A DNA stretch of 64,000 nucleotides. Source: Octopus sinensis (lineage: Eukaryota). Shown piece after piece: positions 40,661-54,072 of this stretch. The stretch spans positions 43,350,464-43,414,463 of the forward strand of contig NC_043011.1 in assembly GCF_006345805.1 (NCBI RefSeq), given 5' to 3'. The notes beneath the pieces were generated by a model. That model was not told the origin of the DNA. It searched no databases and worked only from the letters and a program-made list of their open reading frames with translations. The position numbers and the translations under genes are program-made. Each line of letters begins with the position of its first letter. Positions within the stretch are counted from its first letter, which is position 1.

Positions 40661-42871
40661 AATTCTAGTTCGCGTAGCTGGCAAATATAGGCACTCCTGT
40701 GGTGGGCCGGCGTGCCGAACAGTGTGGGGTACATACACCACAGAACAGGCGAAACAAACCGAACTTATGAGCTTATGTCATGTATATTATACTTTCCATG
40801 CAGTTACCTTAATATGGTTTAATGCGAAATATTTGCAATTATTCCACTGCAGTTTGACTGGTGATAACATTGCAGTCACATTTGTTGGGCTAAATGGGAA
40901 CGAGTTCTCAAACGGCGTTTGATGTAATAACAGGGGGGAAAGGCAAAGGTCTAATTATTTGGATAAAAGGAAATAATTATTCAGAGATTATAACATTGAT
41001 TATTTCCCTTGTGTGATATGCGTTACTAATCGGCTACAATTTTGATATCTTTAATTCCTACGCATACATTCAACAGAAGATGTGAAAATACTAACAATAT
41101 GCAGTTTCACAATTGTTGCAGTTAAGAAAATCGCTTTGTAATTATATGGTTTCGGGTTCAGTCCCACTGTGCAAGTGTCTTTGTGGCTGGCCAGAGAGTA
41201 ATCATTAGTTTCCTACCTGTAAAGTACTTAGCCATATAGGCGACACGTCAGACTCAAATGCCTGAAGGTGCATCACCTCTCTACAACTGGAGCTAGGAAT
41301 ACGTCAGGGTCAGTTAGTTTTATAAACAAAATTTGTCAGTACAGGAGATGTTACAGGTTGGTTGGAGTGATACCCCTTACATCAGTTCCATCCGCGGTGA
41401 TAGTCAAAGATGCTGCCATGGGTCGTCTGTTCAACAAATGGAAAATTTCCAAGCTTGCAGTATAAAGCGTTTTAGATGAGGGCATCGACTATATACTTCT
41501 TTTCTGGTGTATAAAAATGGTCCCCGTGTTAAGCGTGTTTTTAGGATTCTTGTTCTTTGCCAAGTAAAGACTATATCATTTCTTCCAGTTTTCTTAAGAC
41601 CCTGGCTGTTCAAAGGGCTTCTATTTTAGTATGCATAGGGTCCCTTCATCTTTTAAGCGTCATACTGGCTAACAAGGGACGTGATGTTTCACCTTTCAGT
41701 TGTTTAAACAAGGCTCTGGTTGAAACAAAATTCTGTGTATGTGTATTAGATGTGCTACCACCGCTGATGGTTATGATGTCGTTGTTGTTGATGCTGCAAG
41801 TGTTGTTGTTGGAGTTCCTGTCGACACTGTTTTTCACGGGCGTGATTCTGGTGGTTTCGTTACTGCTGGCATAGCAGTCATCTCTGGCTTCAGTGTTGGT
41901 GTTGGTGCAGCGTTCGTATCTGTCGGTATTGTTCTTTTTGCTGCTTGGTGCGCCGCTGCCGCCACAGCTGTCGTCGTCAATGTCGTCGCCGCTGCTGTTG
42001 TTGACGGCAAATCTGTCGTTGCTGTTTAGGCTGTTGTTCTGGCTACCAGTGCCGGCAACCACGACCCCCTCGGCTTCGCATCGACCGTCTCACTGGGCAA
42101 TAATTATATACCCTTTATGAACACCCTACCTCTGCTCACAGCTTAGGAATGCTCACTAATATTTTCTTAATGCCGGGTGAGTAACTAAATGAGACTTAAA
42201 TTGTGCATATTAAACAAAAGTCCATGACTATGTGACTTTGGGAAGTGTTTGTGCACCAATCTAAGTAAAATTCTTCCCACGCAAGATTTAACGTTAAGAG
42301 AGAAGGGTAGAGCAAACAAAATGACTTCACTGTGGCGCTTCCAAGCGGTTCGACAAACGACGCCAATAGAATAAGCACTAGACTTTTAAAAAATAAGTAT
42401 TATTTGTTCTACTAAACAGCCTTTGAAGCGGTACCCCAGCATGGCTGCTGTCCAGTGAGCGTAACTAGTAAAAGATAAAAGTGATATAGTTCTCGAGTAG
42501 TACTACAACAGTACAACTTGAGGGTATATATAAACCTTTGCTTACGTAATATATATATATATGGTGAGTTGTTTGGTGGGTGGATAGATGGATGGATGAA
42601 TACATAGATAGAGAGATAGTATCTTTACTGCAACATCCCATTGAAACGCTTTTTATCCATATGTGTACACAAGTATTATATATGCAAAATAACGATAAAT
42701 GTGCAGTACATTATTATGGAGTGCGAATATGCAGCTTCGAGAACTCAAATAGCAAGAAATAGTATGTGTTCAGTTTGTATTATACGGAAAACAGCAAATA
42801 CATATTGTATATACACACACATATACGCAAACACATATGTATACATATACTAACACGCACACACATATCTA

Positions 42872-42921
<50 letters not shown>

Positions 42922-44029
42922 ATACACCGATAAAGTATATGTATGTATGAAGGCATATATGTGCATACTTCCTGTTTACTTATATATGTAATCACCAATA
43001 TATAGAATCCTTAAGAATAATTATTGATTTTTCTTTCCAATCTAGTCTCAATAATAATTCATAGAAAGATAGATAGACGGATGCATTTATATGCATACGT
43101 ACGTGTTTGTGTGTGTGAGTGTGCGTGTGTGTGCGTTTTTGTGCATGTGTGTACGCACATACGTACGTAATACCATGTCACTTATGTGTAGAATTATTGA
43201 CAGGCGAATACAGCACAATAAATCACCTGATACAGTATAAATATGCCCCTTGTGTTTCCAGTCTATATTCAAACCAGATTTAATAAAACAGGAAGTGAAT
43301 AGCAGCACATCAAATGTCCAGTTGTAATGGAATGATTGCAACTCATAAGTGATATTTAATATTCTGCTAAATTTTCTTTCTGATAGCGAATTTTTCTTTC
43401 ATATTAATATTTCTTTAGAGGGTAAACTCTCAATTTCCGCAATTGGCAACCATTTTGAATGTAATACAGTTATCATAAATTCTTACATCTATCAAGACAT
43501 TATCGTTTAATTGCTACCCGCTTGCATCAGCTAATTGAATATTTGGTAAATGAACGTGAGTTGAATAGCCAATATTTTTTGAGTCAGCAGAATATAGAAT
43601 GTTTCAGAAAAAAAATATTGATTTTTCTGTCTTTCCAATCTAGTTACAATAAAATTTGCTACAACAAAAAATTTTCTAGATATCAGGGAAGATATTTACC
43701 GGAAATTGAATCGTTCTAGCCTTTCCCTGTGGCATTAACGTTGGATAGAAAGATGGCCGCAGTATTGGCTTGTCAGTTGTTTATTTCTTGCTCTACAGCA
43801 CTGGTAACAAGTTTCTCTAAAATATTCGTTTACTTAATGTGTTTATAAAACATTAAGAAGGTACATGTCATTATATCTACAAATTTTATGTAATGCCCCT
43901 GAATTGTGGTGAAATGACGTGAATGCTTTCATGTTGGGTCATTCACAAAGCCGATTCAAAGGGAGACAGATAGAGATGATGGTGAGGATAATAATAATAA
44001 TAATAATAATGATAATAATAATAATAATA

Positions 44030-44070
<41 letters not shown>

Positions 44071-44073
<3 letters not shown>

Positions 44074-44352
44074 GGTACTGAAACTTATTTGAAAATGATA
44101 CCAGGCTTACCATCCCTACTGGAAGTGCAAAAAATCGTATTAACTGGAACGGCTCATGTACTGAGAAGAGTAGTATCGCTGTGAAAACAACATCGATCCA
44201 TGGATTTATTTATTTATTAATTTTTAAATACATATTTTATCTGTGAATTTGCGCGTGTAATCTGGGAATGCGTTCAATGAGCTTCTCTGCCCTAGGTGTA
44301 TGGAAAACACTCGGCGAGAAACGGAAGAAAATTTGAAGAAAGAGGGGAAAAC

Positions 44353-44353
<1 letters not shown>
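44071..44353 (+). mobile_element. 5'-truncated R4/Dong-like 3' end inside (AAT)n
   Basis: KGTETYLKMIPGLPSLLEVQKIVLTGTAHVLRRVVSL* plus 3' UTR; TAA arrays on both sides. Confidence 0.8.
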
Positions 44354-44417
<64 letters not shown>

Positions 44418-44454
44418 CATGATCATGATGATAGTGATAACAGACTCCAGTGCT

Positions 44455-44590
44455 CAGCTGATATTTATTTTATAGACGCTGAAATGATGAAAGCCAAAAT
44501 CGACCTCGTCGGAATTTGAATTCAGAGCGTGAAGACGGACGCAATCCCGCTTAGCATTTTACCCGAGCTAACGATTCTGCCAGCTCGCCA
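44455..44590 (-). mobile_element. SINE family A, partial
   Basis: Plus strand cgacctcgtcggaatttgaa..ttagcatttt..gctaacgattctgccagctcgcc. Confidence 0.8.
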
Positions 44591-44592
44591 GT

Positions 44593-45000
44593 AATTTCTT
44601 TATTTACTATTAGGGGTTCACAAAAAGTTATTGGGGACGGTACAGTATTTTACAATTTGGGGTTACATAAATAGAAGAGTGTAAACAGTAAAAACGATAA
44701 TATAAATTATAACAATGAAACATTCCCCAAAAAACTTCCTGGGGCTGCTTGAGGAAACCCACAAAACCACTGTCGTCTTGGCCACTAAGGAAAGCGCCCT
44801 ACAGCATTTCCCTCCAATTTACAGGCGCATGCCTAGTGTAGGCCCATTCATTCGGACCATTCTTACACATTCAACCACTTTTTGATAAAATTACTGGGAG
44901 TCACGACTTTCCGCTCTACCCTCACCTTCGTTTTCAAGTGAAATTGAAAAAGTTGATGAGGGCTTTAGTCAAAGGGGAAAATGTTTGCCTTCAACTCTTT
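44593..45000 (-). mobile_element. Tx1/L1-like LINE 3' end
   Basis: Minus-strand LINFF..FHLKTKVRVERKVVTPSNFIKKWLNV is homologous to the peptide at about 56100-56200; the tail ends aataaagaaat. Confidence 0.7.
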
Positions 45001-45143
45001 ATGTCTAATTCACCACTCAATAGTGGATTCCAGTTAAGGCGGGAATTCTATTTATTTAACTCGAAAACATGAAAGGAAAATTGGCTTCGTCAATATCAAA
45101 CTGCAGAGAAACTAAACGAAACACCACAAGCACTCTATGGTGT

Positions 45144-45365
45144 GCTCTGCCTTCTCTGTTTATTCATGACCTTATTTTATATTGAATCACTTTTACGCGT
45201 TGGCAGGCTACCACTCCACGGGGCGCTCTACCCTCTCGGTCTATTCATCGCTTTATTTTATATTGAATCTACTTTACACTTTGAAAGACTACCCCTCCTC
45301 GGGGCACTCTACCTTCCCTGTTTATTCATTGCCTTATTTTATATCGAATCAAGTTTACGCTTAGA
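45144..45365. repeat. 81-bp minisatellite, about 2.7 units
   Basis: Units start at 45144, 45225 and 45306 and share tattcat..ttattttatatYgaatc. Confidence 0.85.
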
Positions 45366-46264
45366 CAGAAACATTGATAAGCTTTATGACTTTTGTTTGA
45401 AAAGCGTTACATATGCGTTTTTGGTTCCATCTTTTTTTATATTTTGAGTTCAAATCCGACGAGGTCAATGTTACCATTTATCATTATGTAGTCCCTAAAA
45501 TAAAGGCCAATAAATTTCGGCCGTCAGTATAATCAGCTACACTCTTTTCTCATCATATGAAGCTCTGTGCTTCTATCTAATGCTATAACTTTTGTCTTTT
45601 TAATATATAATGTATATTTTTGCACCTTTTACTTATTCTACTGAAACTAATGTTGGTTTAAAGTGATATATAACACAGGCTGCTTTTTCTGTTGCAAGGC
45701 TAAATACTGTTTATTTTTGAAGATAGGACTAACAATGCTTTTATTTCATAAATATTGTCTTGATCTTTTGACTCTTATCAATGATTTATATCAGGTCATC
45801 AACTAATGCTTTGCTGTCACACTAAGTCTCAAGCTCTTATATTCGAGAAGAAATGTTACACAAAATTATACTTTCACTTTCGAACCTTACAGTTCATATC
45901 AACGTGGTAGCCTGTTTATCATTTCTTTCAATTTATTTCCATGAATATGAAAAACTAGATAAGCACGGACTTAGCTAGTTTCTCAGATTCAAGGGAATGA
46001 CAAAAGATTGTTTTCTCCCCTTCGTGTGCATTTTCATAAAATAAGGCTCAATATCACGAAATTCAAACTCCTGATCAAATTAGGTTTCAATTCAGGGGTT
46101 TTCGGCAATTTTAGTTCATTAATACGTTATTTTATCTATTTACCTACTTGTTAACCTCGATCTCTCAGAATTTTTCTTCAGCTTAATTTGGACCCTTAAT
46201 GATCTGAGTTCATAAGCGCAACTTTGCTTTTCTCTTATATCCGTGATATAATAATAATAATAAT

Positions 46265-46400
46265 TGTTTCTTTACTACCCACAAGGGGCTAAACATAGAG
46301 GGGACAAACAAGGACAGATAAACGAATTAAGACGATTATATCGACCCCAGTGCTTAACTGGTACTTAATTTATCGACCCCGAAAGGATGAAAGGCAAAAT
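46265..46400 (-). mobile_element. 5'-truncated SINE A (long-tail type) next to (AAT)n
   Basis: tttctttactacccacaaggggctaaaca..gaaaggatgaaaggcaaa. Confidence 0.88.
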
Positions 46401-47294
46401 AATGATGATAGTAACAATAATAATACCAACCGTAATGAACTGAGGTCGCTTTGGTCTTCTTTTACAGTATAGTTTCAACAACGAAAGTCGATAGCTATCT
46501 AAGAATTTAAAATGATTAACATCTTCCTCAGGAACAGTAACAATAGTAGTAATTACAGCTTCTGCAACAACAACAACAGCAACACCAGCAGCTGTAGCAG
46601 AAGAGGCGGCAGCGGTAGTAGTAGTAGTAGTAGTATAAGAAAAATCTCGACTGAAGAATGATGGATGAAGAAGTATACGTAAAGGTGAAAGAAAAACAAT
46701 AAAAAAAGCCTATCTAATCAATAATGATTTATACTAGAGAGACGAAGAAATCAATAAGCAAGTGATCGAATTATTCTACGCACCACCACTGCTACTACCG
46801 CCGCCGCCGCATCCGCAGCCTCAATTTTACATGCACAACCATTCTGAAAAAGAAAAAGAAGTTTTTCGGAATTATAATCTAACTGAAAATATATAACTAT
46901 AAATAATTAACTACGTTAATTTATTTCAAATTAAGATATAAATCTAATTAATTGTTTACTGATATTTATAGATTTTTATAAATATATAGATTTTTAACTT
47001 CGGAAGAACGTTAGGTGTTGAAGCAAAAGGTGTTGGGTTTATTAAATTTTCCAAGTGTATTACCGGTTCATTTAAACTCTGTGTTCGACGGAGTCCTTTG
47101 TCGATATGACTTTGGTGGAAATTGAACTAGGAAACTAAGAAGGGACTACAGAAATGAAAAATTTTGGAAGCCACTTTATATGATCCGAGTTAAGTGCTAT
47201 CGAATGGTTTTACTATCTAGTAGATTCCAGCCATGCGCAGAATAATGTCATTTAAACCTACTGTTTACTGTTATCAACTGATCTTTGTTATCTA

Positions 47295-47831
47295 TTGGGT
47301 TGTCCGGAAAGTTCGTACCGATTTTTAAAGGCAAGAAAAAGGTCAATAAATACTTGCCATTACATTTTTAATGAGCCAAATATGGAGCATTTTGTTGCAC
47401 AATGCGTCTCCATCTTTCCTTTAACTTGAAAATACCCTCTACCCAGAATTCATGGCATATTTTTACGTCATCCAAGGAATTGAAATTTTTACTATTAAGA
47501 CTATACTGCAGAGACCTGAAGAAGTGGAAATCCGAAGGAGCAATATCTGGTGAATATAGAGGGTGGGCTCACACATCCCAGCCGAGCTGCAGCAATTTTT
47601 GTCTGGTTCTCAAAGCATCAAGTACTGAAAATAAACTTTCCTATCTTCTATTTTAAAGGGTTACAGAATTAACACAGGTTATAGGAACATAAACCTTCTT
47701 CCACGAAAACAGCTTAAACTGTGCTCTAAACGGAGGTGTAGTCAAATCCTATTTTACGGACTCAACCATGTTCTAAAATAAGTCGAAAGATAAGCTACTA
47801 TAAATTGGCACAAGCTTTCCGGACAACCCAA
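47295..47831. mobile_element. Internally deleted mariner (537 bp) with both TIRs and TA TSD
   Basis: TA-ttgggttgtccggaaagttcgtaccgattt ... aaattggcacaagctttccggacaacccaa-TA; internal minus-strand PLYSPDIAPSDFHFFRSLQ (YSPDLAP motif). Confidence 0.92.
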
Positions 47832-48534
47832 TAGATCCTGCACACTACCGATTCTATGATTGTCTTTCAATATGAGACTCATTTTAGATGCATCTGAGCC
47901 CACATTTAAGTTGGAAAAATCTATATATTGCATTGTTCTCTATGTGTTCTTTCGACTTCGTGTGCCAAGTAATATATTTATTATCATATTTTTTCGTTGT
48001 TAAAATTCCGATTATCTTGTGCTATCCAACCCTATACTGATATATAAAGGAATTAATAATTTGGTCTCACATTCTCCAGGTAATCCGATTATCATAACGA
48101 GTATGACTTTGCCAGGATTTTGCCCCGACAGAAAGCAATGGATCGATGTCTCCTCAAATGTTCTGCCAAATACATTTCATTTATTCAATTATCATACACA
48201 TAAATGGTGACTATCAGATAAAAGAAATGAAGATACGCGATAAATATCACATATTTTTTTTTGGTTCACAGAGAACAATAATATTATTTATGATATCTGT
48301 GAAAGCGTGCCGCCGCGTGTGCGTATGTCTGTTCTTAGAGGTTTGTGCTAGTGCATACATATATTATATATATTTGTACATATATTTATGTGTGTATATA
48401 TATATATATATATGTATACACAAATACGTACATATGCGTATATATATATATATATAGGTATGTATGTATGTATGTATGTATGTATTGTATGTATGTATGT
48501 ATATATATATATTATATATATTTGTACATATATT

Positions 48535-48567
<33 letters not shown>

Positions 48568-48771
48568 TGCTGTAGTTTCAGCTCATAGTTGCGGCCAGGC
48601 TGATGTATAGATTAAGATGAATATGGTACTTAAGTTGAGGCACCAGAATTTAGTGCGGTATTATCCATACAATTTCAAAATAAGGTGATTAAAATCAAAA
48701 TGAGCAACAAGGCTATCCTTGTTGCTTATTTTGATTACACACACACACCACACACACACATATATATATAT

Positions 48772-49115
48772 AGTTAATCCAAACAAGAAAACACAAAAAA
48801 ACACAACGCGAGGACGTGGAACAAATATAGTATTATTGGATGCTCAGGAAAGAAGGAAAGAAGGAGAGTTTAACGTTTCGAGCGGAGCTCTTCATCGAAA
48901 ACATAGAAGAAGGAAAGATCCAGAGAAGGGAGCAGAAATATAACAAAGGCTGTTACTCGGAGTTTAACAAAACTGTCCGACGACGGGAACGTGAATCTCC
49001 GAGTAACAGCTTTTGTTATATTTCTGCTGCTTTTTAATAAAGCATATTACTCTACCTCTGGTATTTGAGTACTCTTTTTTCCACCTTGTTTCACATTTAT
49101 GTGCTTACTCCGGTA
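48772..49115. mobile_element. Bipartite pLTR-like element: F1 arm (minus), 32-bp inverted repeat, plus-strand AATAAA tail
   Basis: 48772-48930 matches 831-990; inverted-repeat arms at 48931-48962 and 48997-49028; (TA)n on both sides. Confidence 0.7.
48868..48902 (-). ncRNA. Degenerate minimal hammerhead motif (core UCGAUGA), family F1
   Basis: Minus strand: guuu UCGAUGA a gagc ucc gcuc GAAAC GUU aaac. Confidence 0.6.
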
Positions 49116-49163
<48 letters not shown>

Positions 49164-49267
49164 GGAGAGGAAAATGGATATAATAACAATTGGAAACTCG
49201 TGGTTTTCGCTGGTATGCCTTTAGTTCAAATTAGATAACAAAGAAGGATGAAGCAGAAATGAAGGTA

Positions 49268-49320
49268 GCATTTACGATCGTTTCGATTTACTGATTTAAG
49301 TAAATCTCTCTTCAGAATGC
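49268..49320 (-). ncRNA. Type I hammerhead ribozyme motif, canonical core
   Basis: Minus strand: gcauu CUGAAGA ga gauuuac uuaaauca guaaauc GAAA cgaucg UA aaugc. Stem I is 5 bp, stem II is 7 bp, stem III is the palindrome ACGAUCGU, and the triplet is GUA. Confidence 0.88.
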
Positions 49321-49654
49321 GAATATAGATAGATGAATTGGTTAGGATGCGAATATAATTGATACATATGTGATGGTAATATAAACAAATGTAGTAAGTC
49401 TTACATTAAATGTTGTTCTTGCGCTGGTACATTCGCTGGGTAGAGGTTTGATTGTGGTAGACTGGTTAGTTTCGTCGGGTAATTAGGGCGGGGTGAGTAT
49501 TATTTAGGTGCGGGGTTCCTAGTATAATTAAGCACATTTTTTCCGCACGTTTGTATTCAATTTGTATATATTTTACGATTAGTTATCACCGGCGGTCTAG
49601 ATGAAGGGAGTAACTCTAAGTCGTACCAAATTTTCGGTGGTTTAAAAATGTATT

Positions 49655-50053
49655 ATGTTTCACTCATTTGACTGCGGCCATGCTCTAGCACCGCCTTTAG
49701 TCGAGCAAATCGAACCCAGGACTTATTCTTTGTAAGCCTAGTACTTATTATACTATCGGTCTTTTTCGCCGAACCGCTATGTTACGGGGACGGAAACAAA
49801 CCAGCATCAGTTGTCAAGCGATGTGGAGAGACAAACACAAACACACAAACATTGACACACACACAAAGACACACACACACACATATGCATACATATATAC
49901 AACGGCTTCTTTTCCGTTTCCCTCTACCAAATCCACTCACAAGGCCCCAGGTTATAGGAGAATACACTTGCCCAAGGTGCCACACAATGGAACTGAACCC
50001 TGAAACATATGGTTGGTAAGCAAGATACTTACCACACAACCACTCCTGCGCCT
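49655..50053 (-). mobile_element. tRNA-headed SINE family C, near full length with internal (CA)n
   Basis: Minus-strand head aggcgcaggagtggttgtgtggtaag..gggttcagttcca..ccttgggcaagtgt; 3' fragments of the family recur at about 16550, 19410, 23130, 42330 and 61383. Confidence 0.85.
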
Positions 50054-50070
50054 ATATTTGCATATATATG

Positions 50071-50104
<34 letters not shown>

Positions 50105-50110
50105 ATATAC

Positions 50111-50220
<110 letters not shown>

Positions 50221-50386
50221 TATCACATAACAATTATGTATTTTCTACTTACAGTCAGAAGAATATTTCAAAAAAAGCTAATGAATAATTTGAGAGCAAA
50301 ATTCAGAAATTATTCTCTAGCTGTTTAAAAAAATTTAGGGGTTATAATACATAATCAATTTTGCTTAAATTGCTATTTGTTGGTTT

Positions 50387-50421
<35 letters not shown>

Positions 50422-50649
50422 ATAGGTAGCACTAAATTTGAAATAATAAATTTTTAATGTGGAAACTTATAGGCAATTAGTCTTTTCACTATAATTGAAA
50501 ATAGATAGCTTCTTGAGTATTTTAATTTAAACGTTTATGTAAAAATAAAACATATAATAGGACATTTATTTTAGTTTCTAAATTCTAATTTCATCAGCAA
50601 TATTTTTTTTATCTTCTTATCCTGTACTTTTCCTGGCTTTATTACTGCT

Positions 50650-51300
50650 TCTCCTGTACTTCTCTAGATTCCATACTTCGGAGTATTGTAGCTCTCTGTG
50701 CCCGCGTTTTACATTCCAGAGCATTTATCCAGTCAATGCTTCTATTTTATAATTAATTATACATACTCTTTATATTTTGCATTCTAGTAATGCTAAAAAT
50801 GAAGACAGAATTAGCTTAACGAGGAATTTTGTAATCAAATTACGTTAACTTTAAATTTTTAAAAAATAGCAAACAAAATATAAAAACAAAAAAAGTGCTC
50901 ACACTCTTTGATGGACAAATTCAGAAATTTATTTTGATCCAAATTTTCCCAAACACCTTCAGCTTCTTTTTTCTCAGCCTTTGTTTGTTAGTAAGTCACA
51001 TATCTGGTCAATATCATACTCTTTACTCCCATATACTGACAGTCAACATTTTCCTGCCATATTAAAAGCAGTAAAGGATTGTAATCGTTGATAAGTTTTT
51101 CAGATGATTTTCTTTGAATTTGATGAAGCCTTTTAACGCCTTTTCAATTTCTTCTTAGTTTGACACTTTCAGCAACAGTGACGAATTTGAATCGATGATA
51201 AAAATGTTCACTAACAGCAACAGCATCATGTACACACAAAGTACTTGTTGTCACAGTTTGAATGCATATATTTTTATACACAATCATCTTTGAAGCACAG
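50650..51300 (-). pseudogene. Helitron/Helentron-like Rep domain remnant
   Basis: Minus-strand 51092-50973 reads INDYNPLLLLIWQENVDCQYMG..RYVTY*QTKAE, resembling the NxYNPxxLxxWxxNxDxQ..YxxKxE motif; LRSMESREV lies downstream. Confidence 0.6.
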
Positions 51301-51694
51301 AATGAGTTGGTATTTTACAGAAAATACAGGTAATCTCGGACGGAGAAAAGATATGAGAACAGCTTAGAAGATCGGGTAAATTCTCTTTGAAAACGGAAAA
51401 AAGTGGCCAAACAGCCACCACGGAGAATCAAATGCTGTACCCCTAAAATTCCGGCTAAGTACTCTGTACCGTTAAAGAAAGTGCTCCCTGACATCTGATA
51501 CAGTCTTTTATAACACTTTAATAGTCAGTCCCTGGTCTCTAGTATGCCTACTATGTTCGCTTGTTGTGACCAGTCCAGTTCTTCATGCTGTCGACCCAAG
51601 ATTTTATTTGTCTGCCTCTCTTTTGCCCTCCCTCAGGTGTGTCCTGAAGAATGGCTTTGGAGAGGGAGCTGTGGTGGTATACATCCTTTATCCT

Positions 51695-52460
51695 AACAAA
51701 GCCAGAGTAAATTCATATATCAGCTGTATACCAGTATCCAGCAGGCTCATCTCTATACGTGTGGCTGAAAGGCCACAGAATATTGATTTCAAATTTTGGC
51801 ACAAGGCTAGCAGTTTCGGGGGAGGGGATAAGTTGATTGCATCAACACCAGTGATCAACTGGTACTTATTTTATCGACTCCAAAAGTATGGACGGCAAAA
51901 TCGACTCCGGTGGCATTTGAACTCAGGACGTAAACACGGACGAAATACCGCAAAGCATTTTGCCCTGCGTGCTATCGAAACTGCCAACTCACCCCATTAA
52001 AAACTACAGAATATTATCATCACACAAATCTATGCTCCAACACTTGAATATAATGATGTCGCTGAAGAATTCTATGAGAACCTGAAGAGAATCACCAAGG
52101 CAACTCCTAAAAAACGTCCTCATTTTCCTATGAGTCTTGAAGGCCAAAGCAGGCCCGGATGCATATGATAAATGGTCTGGAACAGTGGGACGATTCGGGA
52201 TCAGATAAACCAAAGATCGTGGACTGCGACTCAAAGGATTTGCTAGCAAGCACAATCTGAACCAACTAACAAACTATTCCCACACAAAACCTCGCGAAAA
52301 CATGACAGGCTCACAGCGGCAGGACTTACAACTAAGTTGACTTCATACTCATACATCAACAAGTCCAACATCAACAAAGCTAGGACTAGGACTTTCCCTC
52401 ATGCGTATGCCAACAATGATAATGATTTGCTCATGACAATGAAGCTCAAACTGAAAATTT
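51695..52460 (+). pseudogene. RTE-clade LINE apurinic endonuclease (APE) remnant, interrupted by SINE A
   Basis: SCIPVSSRLISIRVAERPQNI | IITQIYAPTLEYNNDVAEEFYENL..WSGTVGRFG..RGLRL. The SINE is flanked by TSD acagaatatt (51775-51784 and 52006-52015). Confidence 0.82.
51785..52005 (-). mobile_element. SINE family A with 10-bp TSD
   Basis: tttcaaattttggcacaagg..tggcatttgaactcag..ctgccaactcacc; TSD as above. Confidence 0.88.
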
Positions 52461-52479
52461 TTTTTGCAACAGCTCTACT

Positions 52480-53200
52480 GGGCACTTTGTTTCCATTTCC
52501 TTTCTACTTCTCTTGATGCCTTCCAAAGACCAACAATAATTGACGCTATCTACACATTTTAAACTTTTCAGTCGAGGTATTCTCGTATTTAAGAGCATTG
52601 TATATGTCTATATTTCTTTTAATTATTGTTCTTAATTATTCATGGGTCTAATCGGTACGCAGCATCAATCACAGAGCACATGTAATTTACTTTATCTACC
52701 ACCACTAGGTCCAACCTGTTGTCCTTAAACAAGCTGGTATTTTTAGATTGGTAAGTCCCACAGGATGTTACAGTTCCCCAACTCCTCCGCACTTAGTGAT
52801 TTGCCTCTCTCAAACCCCACTTTTCACACAGTTTCCAATGCATTACTTTCGCTACTTCATCGTTTCGCCGCAATTTCTATTGGTTTTGGGCAAGTCGAGA
52901 GAATTCGCTCAAGATATTAGTAATGGTTTCGTCCCCTCTATTACAGATACGATACAATGGAGGCATTTGCTCGTTCCGAAGGTCGACCCTCCATTTTATG
53001 GCTAAGATTAGTCTTGCGCTGCCAGTATAGCGTCCTCGGTTTCTTTTTTCAGTGTACCTTTCTTCAACGTGTAATACCTATATTCTCCAGCAACTTCAGT
53101 TGTGGTTACATGGAATTGATTGTCTCACCCCTTCTTGCGGAGTGTTATTCATGTCGTTGATCTACTTGTTTGTTATTTCCTTTTTTTCTGCTTTCAATAT
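52480..53200 (-). pseudogene. R4/Dong-like REL retrotransposon remnant
   Basis: Minus-strand LKKGTLKKETEDAILAAQD, VAKVMHWKLCEKWG, NILWDL and NRLDLVVVDK..VIDAA. Confidence 0.8.
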
Positions 53201-53231
53201 GCCCTCGTCTCTAACCACCACCACCACCACC

Positions 53232-53263
<32 letters not shown>

Positions 53264-53267
53264 TAGT

Positions 53268-53305
<38 letters not shown>

Positions 53306-53306
53306 T

Positions 53307-53345
<39 letters not shown>

Positions 53346-54072
53346 GGTAGTAGTAGTAGTAGTAGTTTAGAAATGTAATTATCCTTTTATAAATTAAATC
53401 TGTCTTGTAACTGATATCTTTATTGAACTCCCAAGTTTTTAAAATCTAAACGGAAATTGTCTTTCTGAGCTCTTACATAATGTGCTGGTCTTTATTTCTT
53501 TCCTAATTACCATATATACAATATTGGTTGTCGATGGAAACGACTATTATGTTAGAAAGAAAACTGAAATTAGGGCGATAACCGTGAAGAACCTAAGCAG
53601 TGTACATAACCACTGTGTGGTTCAGAGGCCTCGCCGCCATCTATCATTATACACGACCCGTTGCCAGTTTGTCTACGTGACATCTATCGAGTACGGGATT
53701 TTACTAATAGCCAGAGAACATCCCTAAATGAGTATGTCTTGATGATATGTACTGTGGTCTTGCTAATTGTTTTAGGTGCCTATGTAGTCGCGAGCAGACA
53801 TTAACACTCTCTCCATTCTCTCATCATTTGATCCAGCGACACATCATGTGACAGAGATTCACCAGTATTCGCTTCATATTTAGTTTCAGCTGAGTGTACT
53901 AGAGCAATGTAAAATAAAGTGCGCATTGCTCAAGAATGCAATGTGCCTTCCCCCCCAGTCCTACGACATTATGGTAATGAACCAACGAGCCCAATCATTA
54001 GAAATTTTGCACAATAAATATGACACCGAGATTACACACAAATGGTAATGACGATGGAGTATTTTACCCTCA

